This document shows, one piece after another, positions 15,311-28,861 of a stretch of DNA of 64,000 nucleotides. The notes beneath the pieces were generated by a model that was not told the DNA's origin, ran no database searches, and was given only the letters and a program-made list of their open reading frames with translations. Origin of the DNA: the human T2T-CHM13v2.0 reference genome, Homo sapiens; assembly GCF_009914755.1 (NCBI RefSeq), contig NC_060925.1; one strand, given 5' to 3'. Position 1 is the stretch's first letter. The number at the start of each line of letters is the position of its first letter. Position numbers and translations under genes: made by a program.

Positions 15311-17000
15311 CTGTATCTTTTTATATTCTTTTAAAATTTTTCTATTTAATATTTAGAATGTTTTTTAAAATAGTTAGAATGTAGATGGGTCTTGCCGTTT
15401 TATCCAATCTGACAATCTATGTCTTTTAGTTGAGGGTGTTTAGACCACTTCCATTTACTGTAAGTACTGATATGGTTGTATTTAAATATACTGTTCTGCT
15501 ATTCATTTCAATACATATATGATCTTCATTTATTTTATCTTCTTTTCTTCTTGTGGATTAATTCAGTATTTTTTATGATTCTATTTTATCTTTACTTTAG
15601 CTTATTAGCCATTCATCATTGTCCATTTAAACAAATAGCTATTCTGGGGTTTAAAATATACATTTTTAACTTATCACAGTGTCCCCTCAAATAATAGGAT
15701 ATTGTCAGAACCTTGTAGCACTATACTTTCATTTCCTCCCTACTATGCCTTATGCTACTGTTATCATTCATTTTACACTGCATGTGGTCTAAACTCCACA
15801 GTACGTTATAGTTATTCATTCTTTACATAGCCAATTATCTCTTAAAAATATTTACAAAAGTGAGAAAACTGCCTTTCATATTTGCTATTTCTGGTGCTCT
15901 TTTATTCCGCTACATGATTGACCTAGTCTTATTTTCTTTCTGACTGAAGAGCTTCAGCCAGTGTATCAGCATAATGAGAAATAAATTCTGGTACTAAATT
16001 ATCTCAGCATTTGCTTGGCTGAAAAAGACCCTTTCTCACCATTATTTAAAAAATATTTTTAGCTCACTATAGAATTTCTTTTGTATTTTAAAGAAATCAC
16101 TCCATTGTCTTCTAGCTTACATAGCGTGTGATGAGAAGTTTGTTGATAATGTTTTCTTTGGTTCTCTGTAAATAATGCATCTTTTTTTTTTTCCTGTGGC
16201 AGCTTTTAAGATTTTGTCTTTATTATCATTGCCTTTCTGTAATGTGATTATTTTGTGACTGGCATGTTTTTCTTCATGTGTCTTTTGCTTGGGGTTTATT
16301 GAGCTACTTGGATCACAGGTTTGTAATTTTCATTAAAATTAGAAAATGTTTAGCCATTATTTATTTAAATGTTCCTTCCCTCATCCCCCTCTGGCTTTTC
16401 TGGGACTCCAATTGCATGTATGTTGGGCCACTTGATATTGTCCCTCATCTCACTGACACTCCATCCATTTTTTTCAGTCTCTTTTTCTCTGTATGCTTCA
16501 TTTTGGAAAGTTTCTATTGCCATATCTTCAAGTTCACTAATTTTTCTCTCTCTCTCTCTTTTTTTCTTCAGTGTCTAATCTGCTGTCAATTCCGTCTGGT
16601 ATTTTTTCCAGCTTGGATATTGTATTTTTCATCTCTAGAAGCTTGATTCAATCTTTTTTATAGCTTCCATTTCTCTCCAATGTTTCTCTCTGCCTTTTTG
16701 ACATATCGAGGCTATTTATAATGACTATTAAAATGCTCTTGTTTATTAACTCTAATTTCTGAGTCTGTTTATACTGGAGCAACTAGGACTGATTTGCCTC
16801 TATTACTGTGACAATACTTGCCTTAGAATTTCTTTCAATACCATGTGTTTCTACACTGACTGGTGGGAAAATGAATTATTCCCAGTGCTGGGTAGGCACA
16901 ATGAGTGGTTCTGTCTGCTGCTCTCTGGCCATTCTTTCTGGTCTCTGGTATTTCCTCCCATGTGAACACAGATCAATGCTCAGCTAAACACTAGAGGAAC

Positions 17001-17302
<302 letters not shown>

Positions 17303-17584
17303 GACTAGAGGAATTCCCTTTACAAATTTACCTGTGCAATTCCCTCCTCTTGGTATATTGCCATGCAAACCTCAGCCACTCTGGCCTTCTCAAACTCCAA
17401 TCTCTTTTCTCCGCTCAGTGAGACCACCAGGCTCTGTGTGGTTCCCTCTCACTGCATCTTGGTCTGAAAACTCTCAGGCAGTGAGCTGAAGAAATAGCAG
17501 AGCTCCTTTTGTTCCTTCTCCTCTTCTCTTAAGGATAGCTCTCCTCTGGTGCTTGTTGTTTGATGTCTGGAAACTGTTGCTATA

Positions 17585-17622
17585 AGTGTGTGTATGTATG
17601 TGTGCTTGTATGTGTGTGTGTG
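17585..17622. repeat. (TG)n degenerate microsatellite
   Basis: Direct reading. Confidence 0.8.
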
Positions 17623-18241
17623 CATTCAGTTTTTCTAGCCTTAGGAAGGTAAATTTTGTCTTGATTACTCCATCATGGTCAGAAGTAGAAGTCATGTCTA
17701 TTAATTTTATTTGCATAGCTAAAGGTAAAAACATCAATTAATACATCTTACTGTAACATTTAAAAAATGTCAAAACATTTTGTGAATGTCAACATTTTGA
17801 TAATGCCAAATTCATAGCTATTTCTTTCTCTATTTCAATGATTCATAACTTTTGGGGGCCTATGGGTTTGTTAAATCTATGGACCCCCTCCTAGGAAAAA
17901 TGCACATGGTCATGTATAGCGTGCAAATTAAGAGGTATAAAATAATTCCAAAGTCTGTCCCAGAAACCTTGGAAGACTAGAATCCAGGTGAAAAATTCCT
18001 TCTCTAATTCATGCTAACCTTGCTTGGTACTTTGGTGATCAGAAAATTTAGACTTTGGCTTACCCCATAGGGTGATTGTGAAAGAGCACGCTAACAATGT
18101 GAAAATGCTTTAAAAGGGCCATGGACACACACTGTAATTTTTATGATGATTATTGTTGCTACTGTCATCATCATTATCCTTTACAATAATGGCTCTTAAG
18201 TGGTGCTTTAAATGTAGTGGTTAATTCTTGAATTCTTGTAA

Positions 18242-18559
<318 letters not shown>

Positions 18560-18589
18560 TATTATTTTCTTAACAATAAGAAATATATA

Positions 18590-18820
18590 ATTGGTATAAT
18601 ATATAACAGTAATAAATAAATAAATAAATTATATATATATATACACACACACAACACACACATATTTTCACATGTGTACCACTGCATGTATGTGTGTAGG
18701 GGTATGTATGTACATATATGTACATATACACACATATATACATATGTATGTACATATATGTACATATACACACATATATACATATGTATGTACATACACA
18801 CCCTTACACACACACACGCA
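18590..18820. repeat. (TA/CA) low-complexity tract containing a 40-bp tandem unit x2.3 (18703-18796)
   Basis: tatgtatgtacatatatgtacatatacacacatatataca repeated. Confidence 0.9.
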
Positions 18821-19777
18821 CTGGTACCCATGTGGCTTATATTTGAAAAAGGAATTTCAGACACTATAACCATCTATTTGTGCAGAAAACGTACCTTTAT
18901 TTTGTCCTTTATTTTCTCCCCTTTTGTTTTTATCTCCTGGTTGAGTAGTTGTCCAACGCTACAATTTTTTGCATTGATTTACAAGTAAGTGTTGTGTAAT
19001 GTACTTTGTGAAATTAATTTTTCTGTGCTATTAAAGTTAATAAAGATGCAATTTATGAAATAATCGTATTTAGGAGCTATCTCTCTGAACTGGTTACATT
19101 CTGTGGTTCAGTATTGGCTATGCATGTTCTTAGATAGTGCAAGAACTTGCCTGGGTTTCAGCCTTCCCCTGTGGTGCCTTTTCTCTTATTCTCGTACTCT
19201 GTTATCAAGCCATAAGTCCCTGTTGCATCTGCCCCATGCTGTGCCAGATACACGTCCACTGTGCTCCCATGGCGTGTGCCATCTGCCTCTGACCCACCTC
19301 TGCATCCTCTCCCTCGCCACATGTCTCTGTGCCCCAACACCAGCCACTGCCCGTCAAGAAATTAGTACCTCATCCTCATCAAGTAATTAAATCCCTCCAT
19401 CCTTTGCAGTTTGGGGCACACCTGCTTTAGAAAAGCTTCATAGCTCCTTAGACCCATGGCTGGCTCTCTTTCCTTTAGGAGTCCTGGACCACCAACCCCT
19501 GTGCTATCTTACTCCGTTTCAAATGTCATCATTTACATTTTGTTTGTGGGAGAGTTTGAGAGCTCTTTAAGGATAGAGACTAGGCTGTCTCATCTTGGAG
19601 ACCTCTCAATAAAGTGCTTTTTAATAGAATATGCTAAATAGTTACTAAATTAAATTCATTTGAACTAATTCCTTCCCTGTCTGCCTGATATGACAGGTAA
19701 GGAGATTCCTCTTGCTTCACTTCCTAAGACTTTAGATTCACTGTCCAAGAAAAGCCCTGAGACAATTGGGACATTCT

Positions 19778-20422
19778 TGTAGGGGAGTTCAAACTTGCCT
19801 TCTGAGTATTTGAGTCTAAGTCTGCTGAAAAAAAAACAAAAACAAAACTGACAATAGACAGTTTAACAGAAGAAAAGCCATAACCAATTTATTTGATCAT
19901 AGTTTTACATGACACAAAAGTCTTCAGATTGAAGACCCAAAAGTAAAGGGAAGGCCACCTGGCTTTATGCTTAGGTTCAATGAAGAAGATTCTCTAGTAA
20001 ACCAGGTAGAAATGCGATTGGACAAAAAGAAAAGATCTGAGCTGATGGTAATAGACTCAGTGGGAAATCCTAGCAAGGCCTGTCTGTTCAGATTCATCCT
20101 GGCCTCTCTGTGGTAGCATTTCTTCTTCCCAGGTATGGGGTAGGACCCTGCTGGAATGAGAATCTAAATTTCTTTATGGCCAGCTGTAACACGGAAAGGT
20201 GCGGTGAGGCTGGAGTCACATTTTTAGGTATTACGGGTGGCTTTGGGGAAAGGGGGTTTTGGTTTCTCTGACTTGCCTTGGGGAAGAGGGATTCTAGCTT
20301 TTATGGCTTGCCTTGGAGGAGAATGAGGAGTGAGAAACGGGAGGGCAGGAGAAGGTCAAAGGGATACTTTCCTTCTGATGCTGCTTCTGAGGCCTTTACT
20401 ATCGTTTTTTTGAGCCCTAATA
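19778..20422 (-). mobile_element. MER31-like ERV1 solo LTR
   Basis: tgtagggg...ctgacaatagacagtttaacagaagaaaagcc...atcgttttttgagccctaata. Confidence 0.65.
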
Positions 20423-20439
20423 TCCTCAAACGCTGTTGA

Positions 20440-20900
20440 TGAGAATGGAAAATAGTTCAGCGATTCTGGAGGGCAATTTGGAAAGCTATATTAAGATTAT
20501 AAATATTCACCCAAGCAATTCCTCACTTGGATACCTATCCCAAGGAAATACCTTCAGGTAAGTCAAAAATTCAAGGACAAGGTTTTTCACTAGTGTGTTA
20601 TTATTTGTGATTACAAAAGCCTAGGGAAAAATGCCTAATTATTGATTAATATGTAAATGTTTAAATTAACTACACAGTATCCACACAATAGACAACTGTT
20701 CAGCACCTTAAAAGAATTGAGTAGATCTTTATGTACTAATAGACAAAAATTTCCAAAAAATATATTGCAAATTTAAAAATTTTAGAAGTAATATGACAAG
20801 TTAATATCACTTATCATTTTAAAACCAACCCCACAAAATCTATATATTTCTATGTATCTGTATTTATGGAATCTTTCTATTTCCTAGTAGTGGAAGTGAA
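20440..20900 (+). mobile_element. L1ME 3' fragment
   Basis: ttctggagggcaatttgg; gcaattcctcacttgg. Confidence 0.6.
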
Positions 20901-21187
20901 TATCACATGGGAGAGAGGTTCTTTCTACACAATTCAGTGAGCACAGTGACAGCTGGACACAGTCAACATTTATTTCTAAAATCCCTTAGAAAAGAGGCAC
21001 TTCAGGGTTGGACATTCCATCTTTACTAGGTGGAATGCAGCTCTGTTTCCTGCTGTGTTGGAGCAGATTAATGTTTCTGCAAGTACCAGATGAAGATGGC
21101 AGCCTGCATTTGGGGGCCGCAATGTTCAAATAAAAAGAAATTTGTGTCTTTAGGATGCTCACCCCATTCAAGGCCCTCTGAAGCTGA

Positions 21188-21398
21188 GACCAAATAGTGT
21201 TTCCCAACAGGTATCTAAGAATGTAGGGCAGGACAATTCTATGCTGGGCAACACTGTGCAGGATGAATGTTTAGCATCCCTGCCTCTCTGGCCCTGGGTG
21301 TGTACCATCACCATTCCCTTCCGTGAACAATGAAATAGTCTTCCAAATATTTCTAAATGTCCCTAGGGGGCAGTATTTCCCTTGGCTGAGAACCACTG
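21188..21398 (+). mobile_element. MER20B-like MITE
   Basis: tgtttagcatccctg...aaatgtccctagggggcag...gagaaccactg. Confidence 0.65.
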
Positions 21399-21564
21399 GG
21401 AGAGCCACATGGCCCATTTCATTCTCACTCTCATCTAGGTATATGCCGTGGAGAGGAATCACCTGTTCTAGTTATTTAAATAGGTTTTCTTCTTACTTTA
21501 TTCTTTCTTTCTGAGCCTGTATAGGCTGAATTCACATACGTTGCATAAGCAGGTGTTATCCTAC

Positions 21565-22124
21565 TATATCAGTTATCTGTTGCTATATAACAAACCATCT
21601 ACTACATAGTGGCATGAAAAAACACCCATTTTATTGTGCTCACAGATTCTACAGATCAAGAGCTCAGACAGGATGCAGTGGATTTCTCTACTCCACAATG
21701 TCTGGGGATCCAGGTTGGAAGACATGAAAGGCTTAAGGTTGACTCAAATGGCAGGGGGCTGGAATCATCTGGAGGCTTCTTCACATACATGTCTGTTCCC
21801 TGAACTAGGAAAACTCAAAGGCTAGATTCAGGTGGGAGTGTCAACTGAGGCCACATGGCTTCTTCATGTGGCTTGGGATTCCTCACAAGATTGCAGCCTC
21901 AAACTTCTTACACGGTTTCTCAGGGTTCCCAGGGTGAATGTTCCAGCAAACAAACAGAAGCTTCATGGTCTCTTATGACCTAGCCTTGAAAATCATGTTA
22001 CTTATGCTACTCTACTGTCAAAGCAAGCATAAGACCACCTAGATTCAGAAGGATGGGACATAGACTCCGTCCTGTAATGGCAAGAGCATCAAATAATTTA
22101 TAGTCATGCTTTAAAATCACCAAA
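21565..22124 (-). mobile_element. MLT1G/H-type MaLR LTR
   Basis: tcagttatctgttgctatataacaaacca...gggctggaatcatctggaggct...ttaaaatcacca. Confidence 0.75.
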
Positions 22125-22165
22125 TCTCCTATGCATAGGAGAGAGTTCTGAAAGGATGCATATCA

Positions 22166-22244
22166 ATCTGTTGAGTCAATGAAATTGCTTCTTATAGGCT
22201 AAAAATGGTAGAATAGTAGCAATTTCATATGGCTCAGTCTACTA
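22166..22244. mobile_element. MADE2 mariner MITE, degenerate
   Basis: atgaaattgc ... gcaatttcatatgg inverted repeat around aaaaatggt. Confidence 0.7.
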
Positions 22245-22904
22245 CTAATAACAGTGTTTATATCTGATAGAAAAGATTGGAATAAGAAGGCAATAATCAA
22301 GGGGTAATTTCACTTTATCTGTGTTATTTTTATAATAATTATATATTCACATATTATTTACATAATTTTTTTAAAAGATGAAGTTGCCTTCATCATAGAA
22401 ACAGTCCCATAAAAGTGGATTCAGAGAGAGGCAGGACATTTTGACCTGCAACCAGGGGTATAAAGGGTAATAATTACTCTGGATTCACAACGAATGTGTC
22501 AGAAAATACCACCTCTTTCAACTGATGCTACAGCTACTCACTGAGCACCTCCCGGGGGCTTAAGAGTGAGCCAGATGCCCTGGAGGATACACTGATGTTT
22601 AGGAAAAGGTGCAGGTGCCTGCCTTCCATGGCTCACCACCTGCTGACAAAACCCGAACCTGCTTAAGTTTCTTGGAGGCATGATCGACAATGATAGGTTC
22701 TGTAGTCAGAGCATGAAGGAGAATGGTGACAATATCTCAAGTGATCAGGAGAATTGACATTTATTGAGCACTTACTACGTGCCAGGCACTGTTGGAATTC
22801 TTTATTTCTCAGAACAACCCTCAGAATATAGGAGAGGGCACTTGAGTTCCAGTTTATTGGAGAAGGCTTCAAGAAGGAGGCAGGATTTAAGCTGAGACTT
22901 ATGA

Positions 22905-23220
22905 GCTGAGGTTCTCAGACTCTGGAGATCATTGCCTGGGGAGTTTGTTCAAAACTTGAGTGAATCCCCAGGCCTACTTCAACGCTCCTTAAAACGGTAA
23001 CAGGGAGCATCTGTATTTTAATGGAGATTCTGTTGTGCATCACAGTTGAACTACCTCTACCTTAAAGAATGTTTCTCAGAAGCTCACCCAGGGCTTTCAC
23101 AAACATGGAGCCCAGGCTTTTCTCACGGAGATTCAGATTCAGTGGTTAAGGTGGAGCCTAGGAATCTGTGCCTTTACTGAAAGTCCAGGTGATGCTTTTG
23201 GTCAGGCAAAATGCCATTGT
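22905..23220. mobile_element. MER5A-like fragments (two)
   Basis: ggttctcagac...cctggggag; gagattcagattcagtgg...aggaatctgtg...ccaggtgatgct. Confidence 0.55.
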
Positions 23221-23394
23221 AGAGGATAGTGAGAGTTTGACCTTTAGAGGTGTAGGGGAAGAGAGATCCTGCTAGGGGGGCAAGTTTTGTAAAGGTGGAA
23301 GTTGGAAAGTATAGATTGACTTGAGTCTGTGTTGAGTGCTATAGAGGCTAGGTTGGAGAAAGACATAGGAAGAAGGGAAACTAGTTGGGAGCCC

Positions 23395-23478
23395 ATTGCC
23401 ATAGTCCAGGGAACTTAGATAGGAAGCTATTGCCATAGTCCAGAGAACCTAGATAGAAAACTATTGCAATAGTCCAGG
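23395..23478. repeat. 34-bp tandem repeat x2.5 within an L2 relic
   Basis: attgccatagtccagggaacttagataggaagct at 23395, 23429 and partial at 23463. Confidence 0.9.
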
Positions 23479-25470
23479 TGAGAAGTCACACTGGCCTCAT
23501 GCTCCCTGTAGCCTAAAGCATATGTCACAAAGTGAAAAGGCCATTGGAAAGGCCTGCCTTTTCCCCACTCCCTGCTTGCCTGGAATGTTAGTGTGATGGC
23601 TGGAGCTACAGTAGCCACACTGGACCATAGAGTGACCTTTAATATGGATGGCGGAAATGAGAGACACAAGGAAATTTGATTGCTCTGGTTCAAAGGATTT
23701 CTATCTACCTGAAAGGCATTGTATTCGTAGTCAGTAATGAAAGTAGACAACAGCCTGCAATTACAGAATAATGTATGTGAGGGGTGTGTGTGTGTATGTG
23801 TGTGTTGTTGGGAAGGGAACATTCACCAGTGAATATCTGGTTTGTTCTTTATCTTGTGAATTGAACCTGTTATAGAATACTTCACTGCCTCTCATATTCA
23901 TTTAGTTAGCTCAATCTGGCTCTCAGATATGCTTAACTTGACTAGCTTTTATCTTAATATTCAGAAAAATTCAGTTAAACTACTTGAAACCATCAGTAAA
24001 TTCAGGGAAAGAAGTTGAATCAGTTCCCCAGATGAGCCCAGAGCTCACCTTCCTTGTATCTTCTTGGACATAAAAGTGCTGTCTTTGGGAATATTAGCAT
24101 GCCATGATAGTGTCAGTAGTAACAGCAAAAATAAAAATAAATATGCCAAGCCATTTGGAGAGTTATCTCATTGAATCTTCACCACAACCTTGGAAGGTAG
24201 GATTTTTTTTTTTTATTATCTCCATTTTACCGAAGAGGAAACAGGTTCAAAGGTGTGGAGTCACTCGCCCAAGTCCTCCCAGCCAGCAAAGGGCTGGAGC
24301 TCTTCCCCTTGCCTTGTGCTGCCTCAGTCATCTGTGAAGCTCTTTCATCAGCTTCCTCACCTTCTGACTCAAGTGTCTTCTATACTTTAGCATCTTATAT
24401 TCAGAGAACCAGTGTCCATTAATGCAGACCAGTCCTGGAACTAAGAAGGTGGGGATGTGGTTAGCTTGAGGGCATCTGCCACTGAAAGCCTCTTCCAAAC
24501 AAAGCAGGGTTTTTTTGCCCTATGGTCAAGTAGATGATTAAATGGGTTTTATTTTGCCAGTGGTGGATGAGAGTTGAATTAACCTATGCAGCTATAGTAT
24601 GCTCCTTTATGCTGGAGCTCTGTTTGCAACAGAAGGCAAACAGCAAGTGACAATTGCAACATTATGTAAATGACTGCATGAAAAGGGGTTGCTGTGGGCA
24701 ACCAGGGTGTTTGAGGAATTGCCTCCATTCTTCTTATATTTCTGCCTCTGGCTCCCCTTCAAAATGCCCTCCAGCATCCCTCTGCCCAGACTGCATTACC
24801 CTTGGTTTCTCCTTTTACCAGATTTGCTCCTTCATTATTGCTGTAGGGTTGGGGCCATTTGGACTTCCCTGAGTAGCTCCACTGGAGACCATGCCTTTAA
24901 GTTATTACAAACATCTCATGCATTCCAACCCTGTGTGGCTGCCCTGGGACTCTTCAGCTCTTCATTACCCAAGGCATTCCTTTGATTTACTTCAATTTAT
25001 AGTTTTCTCATGTATGCCTTCTGCTTCCACCCTCCCTGGGGAACAGATGGGGCCCATGTTGGCACCCACACACATGGAATTCAGAGGCCAGGGAGGGGAG
25101 AATTTCACATCTGCCCATTAGCCCTTCCTGTTAGGGCTTTTACCATCTTCTCTTAGGTCAGGGTTTAGGGTTTGGAGCCTGGGCTAAGGCTTGGTGGGGA
25201 GAAAGGAGGCAGCCTCCTATCTTTGTTCAGTGTTCTACTTAGTTTGATTGGGTAGCCTCTCCTGGACAACTCTGCCAGGAAAGGTGGCATGAAATATACC
25301 CCATGTGAAGTTTGACAAATGGAGGGGAATAAGGAATCAGGGCCCTTTGCTAGATAACTGGAGCTTTAATCTCAGGATGGCACTCAATCATTAGCTTCTG
25401 GAAACACCTGTGCAGGGACAGGGTGGGGGAAGAATCAAACTAAAGGAAATCAGAGATCAATCTTCCCTCC

Positions 25471-26084
25471 TGTAACCACATACCCCCATTTTTCTAAGAG
25501 ATGGCTTAATTATTAATTTTTCTTTCTCTCTTCCTTCCTCATTCCCCTGGTTCCCCACTTCCTACTTAGCCCTTTAGAAATGCAAATATAGCCTGTACCC
25601 TGTTCCTTCACCAGATACTCCCTATAGGGCAAGTTCATTGAACTCCTCAAGAGTTAACAGTCAATTTATAGACGAAAGCCTGCCTGCTACCTGCCACCCA
25701 TCAGGAGGTTGCCTTGAGAGATAACAGCTGATTTCTACAAGACTCCCATCAGGAAACTGCCTTGAGAGATATGAAACTCCCTCTCACCTGAGGAGTTTTT
25801 GGCCTAGTCCTGCCCACGAAGGTGCCAGCAATCACCAGCTTAACTGCCCAATAGATAAGGCACCAAAGCTAAAATGCAGACACCCCACCCTTGCTTGCTT
25901 CCTCCCCTGCCTTTTAAAAGTGGCCGCTTTCTGCTCTAAAAGTGAAATGGTACCTTTAAAGGTGGATTGCCTGTGCTTCTTCCCCTAAGCTAGCTTAGAA
26001 ATAAATCACCTTCTTTATATCTGATCTGGCTCATGTTAATTGGACAGTGCAAGCGATGAGCAACTAACCTGCATTGTGGTTATA
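25471..26084 (+). mobile_element. ERV1 solo LTR (subfamily uncertain)
   Basis: Terminal inverted tgtaacca...tggttata; 4-bp TSD ctcc; ttttaaaa TATA-like element and aataaa near 26000. Confidence 0.85.
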
Positions 26085-26503
26085 CTCCCTTCTTACCTTT
26101 CTCCTTCCCTCCCTTCCTCTCTTCCTCCTCCCTTCTCTTTCTCTCTCTCCTGAATGAATATTATTTGGAGATGGATCTGAAAGGCAATAAAGTACTGGAG
26201 AATGGCCATGAAAGTTGCATCTGCAGCCAACACAGTAATAGTCATGATTACTGTCACTGCTCCAAACCCCTGCCCTCCCACCAGTTGCTAACAACCAGCC
26301 CCTCACTAGCCCAGGATATGGCACTGTTGTTTATCGGTTCCCTTAGACCCTGCCTATCCTTAATAAACAGCCCTTTATGGAAGGCTCTTTAAATCCCCCA
26401 CTTGAGGTGGCTATTTGAGTCCTGCCAGGAATCTGAGGCATACACGGAGTCAATGAATGTGGAACTGGGATTGAAATCCGCAGCTCGACCTCAGATATGT
26501 CCC

Positions 26504-27413
26504 TGTGTTAGGAGGTCCCCAGGACCACCCCCAAGTGCAGTGGTTTCCAGGTGGACTTACAGGACCCAGCGCACAGTTGCACTCAGGGCTGTAGTTTATT
26601 ACAGCAAAAGGATCCGAAGCAAAATCAGCAAAGGCAAAAGGCTCATAGCATGAAGTCTGGGGGAAACCAGGCTTGAGCTTCCAAGAGTCCCCTCACTGTG
26701 ATGTCCTAGAGGGCACACTTAATTCTCTCAGCAATGAGCTGTGACAATATGTGGGAAGTGCTGTCTACCAGGGAATCTCTTCAGAGACTCAGTGCCCAGG
26801 GCTTTGTTGGGGGCTGGTCACATAGGCAACCTCTTGCCTGGTACATACACAAATTCTAGACTTCCAGAAAGAAACAGGTGTTCAGCCTAAATCACATTGT
26901 TTGCACAGTAGTTTAGGCACAGTGAGCCAGTCTTATCAGTGTGATATTGTTTAGCTGTGTCCCCACCCAAATCTCATCTTGAATTCCCATGTGTTTGTGG
27001 GAGGGACCTGGTGGGAGGTAATTGAATCATGGGATGGGTCTTTCCCGTGCTGTTTTCATGATAGTGAATAAGTTTCACAAAATCTAATGGGTTTAAAAAT
27101 GGGAGTTTCCCTACACAAGCTCTCCCTTTGCCTGCTGTCATCCATATAAGATATGACTTACTCCTCCTTGCCTTCCGCCATAATCGTGAGGCTTCCCCAG
27201 CCACATGGAACTGTGAGTTCTCCATTAAACCTCTTTCATTCGTAAATTACCCGGTCTCGGGTATTTATCAGCAGCGTGAAAATGGACTAGTACACAGTGC
27301 ACGGTGGGAGCCCTCCCCAAATCTGAGTTCCCAGATGCCCACTAAAAGCCAGTCTTGCAAACAGGCCTTGAAAGGGTTGCAGTCAGGCCTGCCATATTAA
27401 CTCTTTTCTGCAC
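26504..27413 (-). mobile_element. MER21(A/B) LTR split by THE1
   Basis: agcaaaatcagcaaaggcaaaagg; ends ttaactcttttctgcaca. Confidence 0.75.
26942..27294 (+). mobile_element. THE1(B) solo LTR
   Basis: tgatattgtttagctgtgtccccacccaaatctcatc...ggactagtaca; perfect TSD cagtg. Confidence 0.92.
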
Positions 27414-28465
27414 AGCTCATAACCACTGCACCACTATTTATTACGTGCTTATTATGTGCACGGCATCATAATAAACCAAATTCACCATTTGGAGAATAAC
27501 ACCATTCATCTCTTTGGATGACGGTTTATAAGATAAATACTGTTTTTATCTCCTTTTTCAGATAAACAATTTGAGTTAGAATATCTTGTTCAAGGTGATA
27601 AAACAGCAATAAAGTAGTGAAGGAGGGTTTGAATCCAGGTTTATCTCACTCCAAAGTGCTTTGAAGGCTGGCTGGGGATGGGAGTAGGGATTGAAGGGAG
27701 AGGGCTGGAGAGGATGTGAATAGTGGTTATTCTTAAGTGAAGGTGTCGTGGATCATTTCTAGTTTCTACCTTTGGACATTTGTGTTGTCTAAGTTTTCCC
27801 CAATGGGTACATATTGTTTAACTGGAAAATTTGAAAATTACTTTAAGTAGAATTTTTAGTGAGTTTCCTTTAATATTTACATAAACCCAATTATAAGGGC
27901 AGCTTAATTGTCAGCGTGGAAGTAAGCACTGCTAAAGTACTTGAGGTCAGTTTTTTCTCTTAAACAGGATAAACATCTTCCTTATGATGTTGTTTACATA
28001 TTGTGTTTGCTTAGCAAAACCTTTTTTTCCAAATAGTGCAAACCTAAATGATAGCTTGGCCCCAGCTGAATTAGCCCAGACAGTAACATGCTTTGATAAC
28101 TAATAATCATCTCAAGTCAAAGATCCCTCTTCCAGCAAACCTCAAACCTTTTAGAGAGAATGAACTTCAGGATATTTTTAAACAACTTCAAAGAAGATGA
28201 AGCTTAATTTTTACCAATCTCAGTGAGTGAGGTCTTGGTATTATCAAGTGGGATATTATTTCTTGGAACTTAAAAAAAAAATAAGTCCCTTGACTTATTT
28301 AAAAGCCCAGCTGAACTCAAAGCACAGTTTCAACTACACAAAATCCAGAGTCCCGGGGAAGACGCCCTCAGCACACTGGCATGGGTTTACGTGCCCACAG
28401 GGTCTCCAGTGCTGAGAGCAATCAGAGAAATCGCTAATCATGGTTAACTTCTCTGTCTGGAGCTC

Positions 28466-28760
28466 CTGATAGAGACAGCCTGGGAAAAAAATGGGTGATC
28501 CTAGTTCCCGCTCGCTGAGCACCTGCCCTCACGCCCTTTGGTTTGTAAACTGCTGCTGGCTTCCTCCATCCAATGGCCATGGTGTCCACCCATGTGACCC
28601 CTCCTGGTTGCATCTGATAGAAAGAACCTGGGGAAAAATGGGTGATCCTAGTTCCTGCTCTCCAAGCAGCTGCCATCGTGTGTTTTGGTTTGTAAACTGC
28701 TGCTGGCTTCCTCCGTCCAATGGCCATGGTGTTCACTCATGCAGCCCCTCCTGGTGGCAT
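28466..28760. repeat. Tandem duplication, 148-bp unit x2 (~85% identical)
   Basis: Copies start at 28466 and 28614; by eye about 22 mismatches and 1 indel. Confidence 0.95.
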
Positions 28761-28861
28761 TTCACAGTCCCTTTTTGCAGCTCCATTTCCATGTTTTGGG
28801 GGATTATCGTCTCCCATCCTGGTGCCTTCAGGGCCCTCTATGGTGAGCTCCGTGCATCCCC

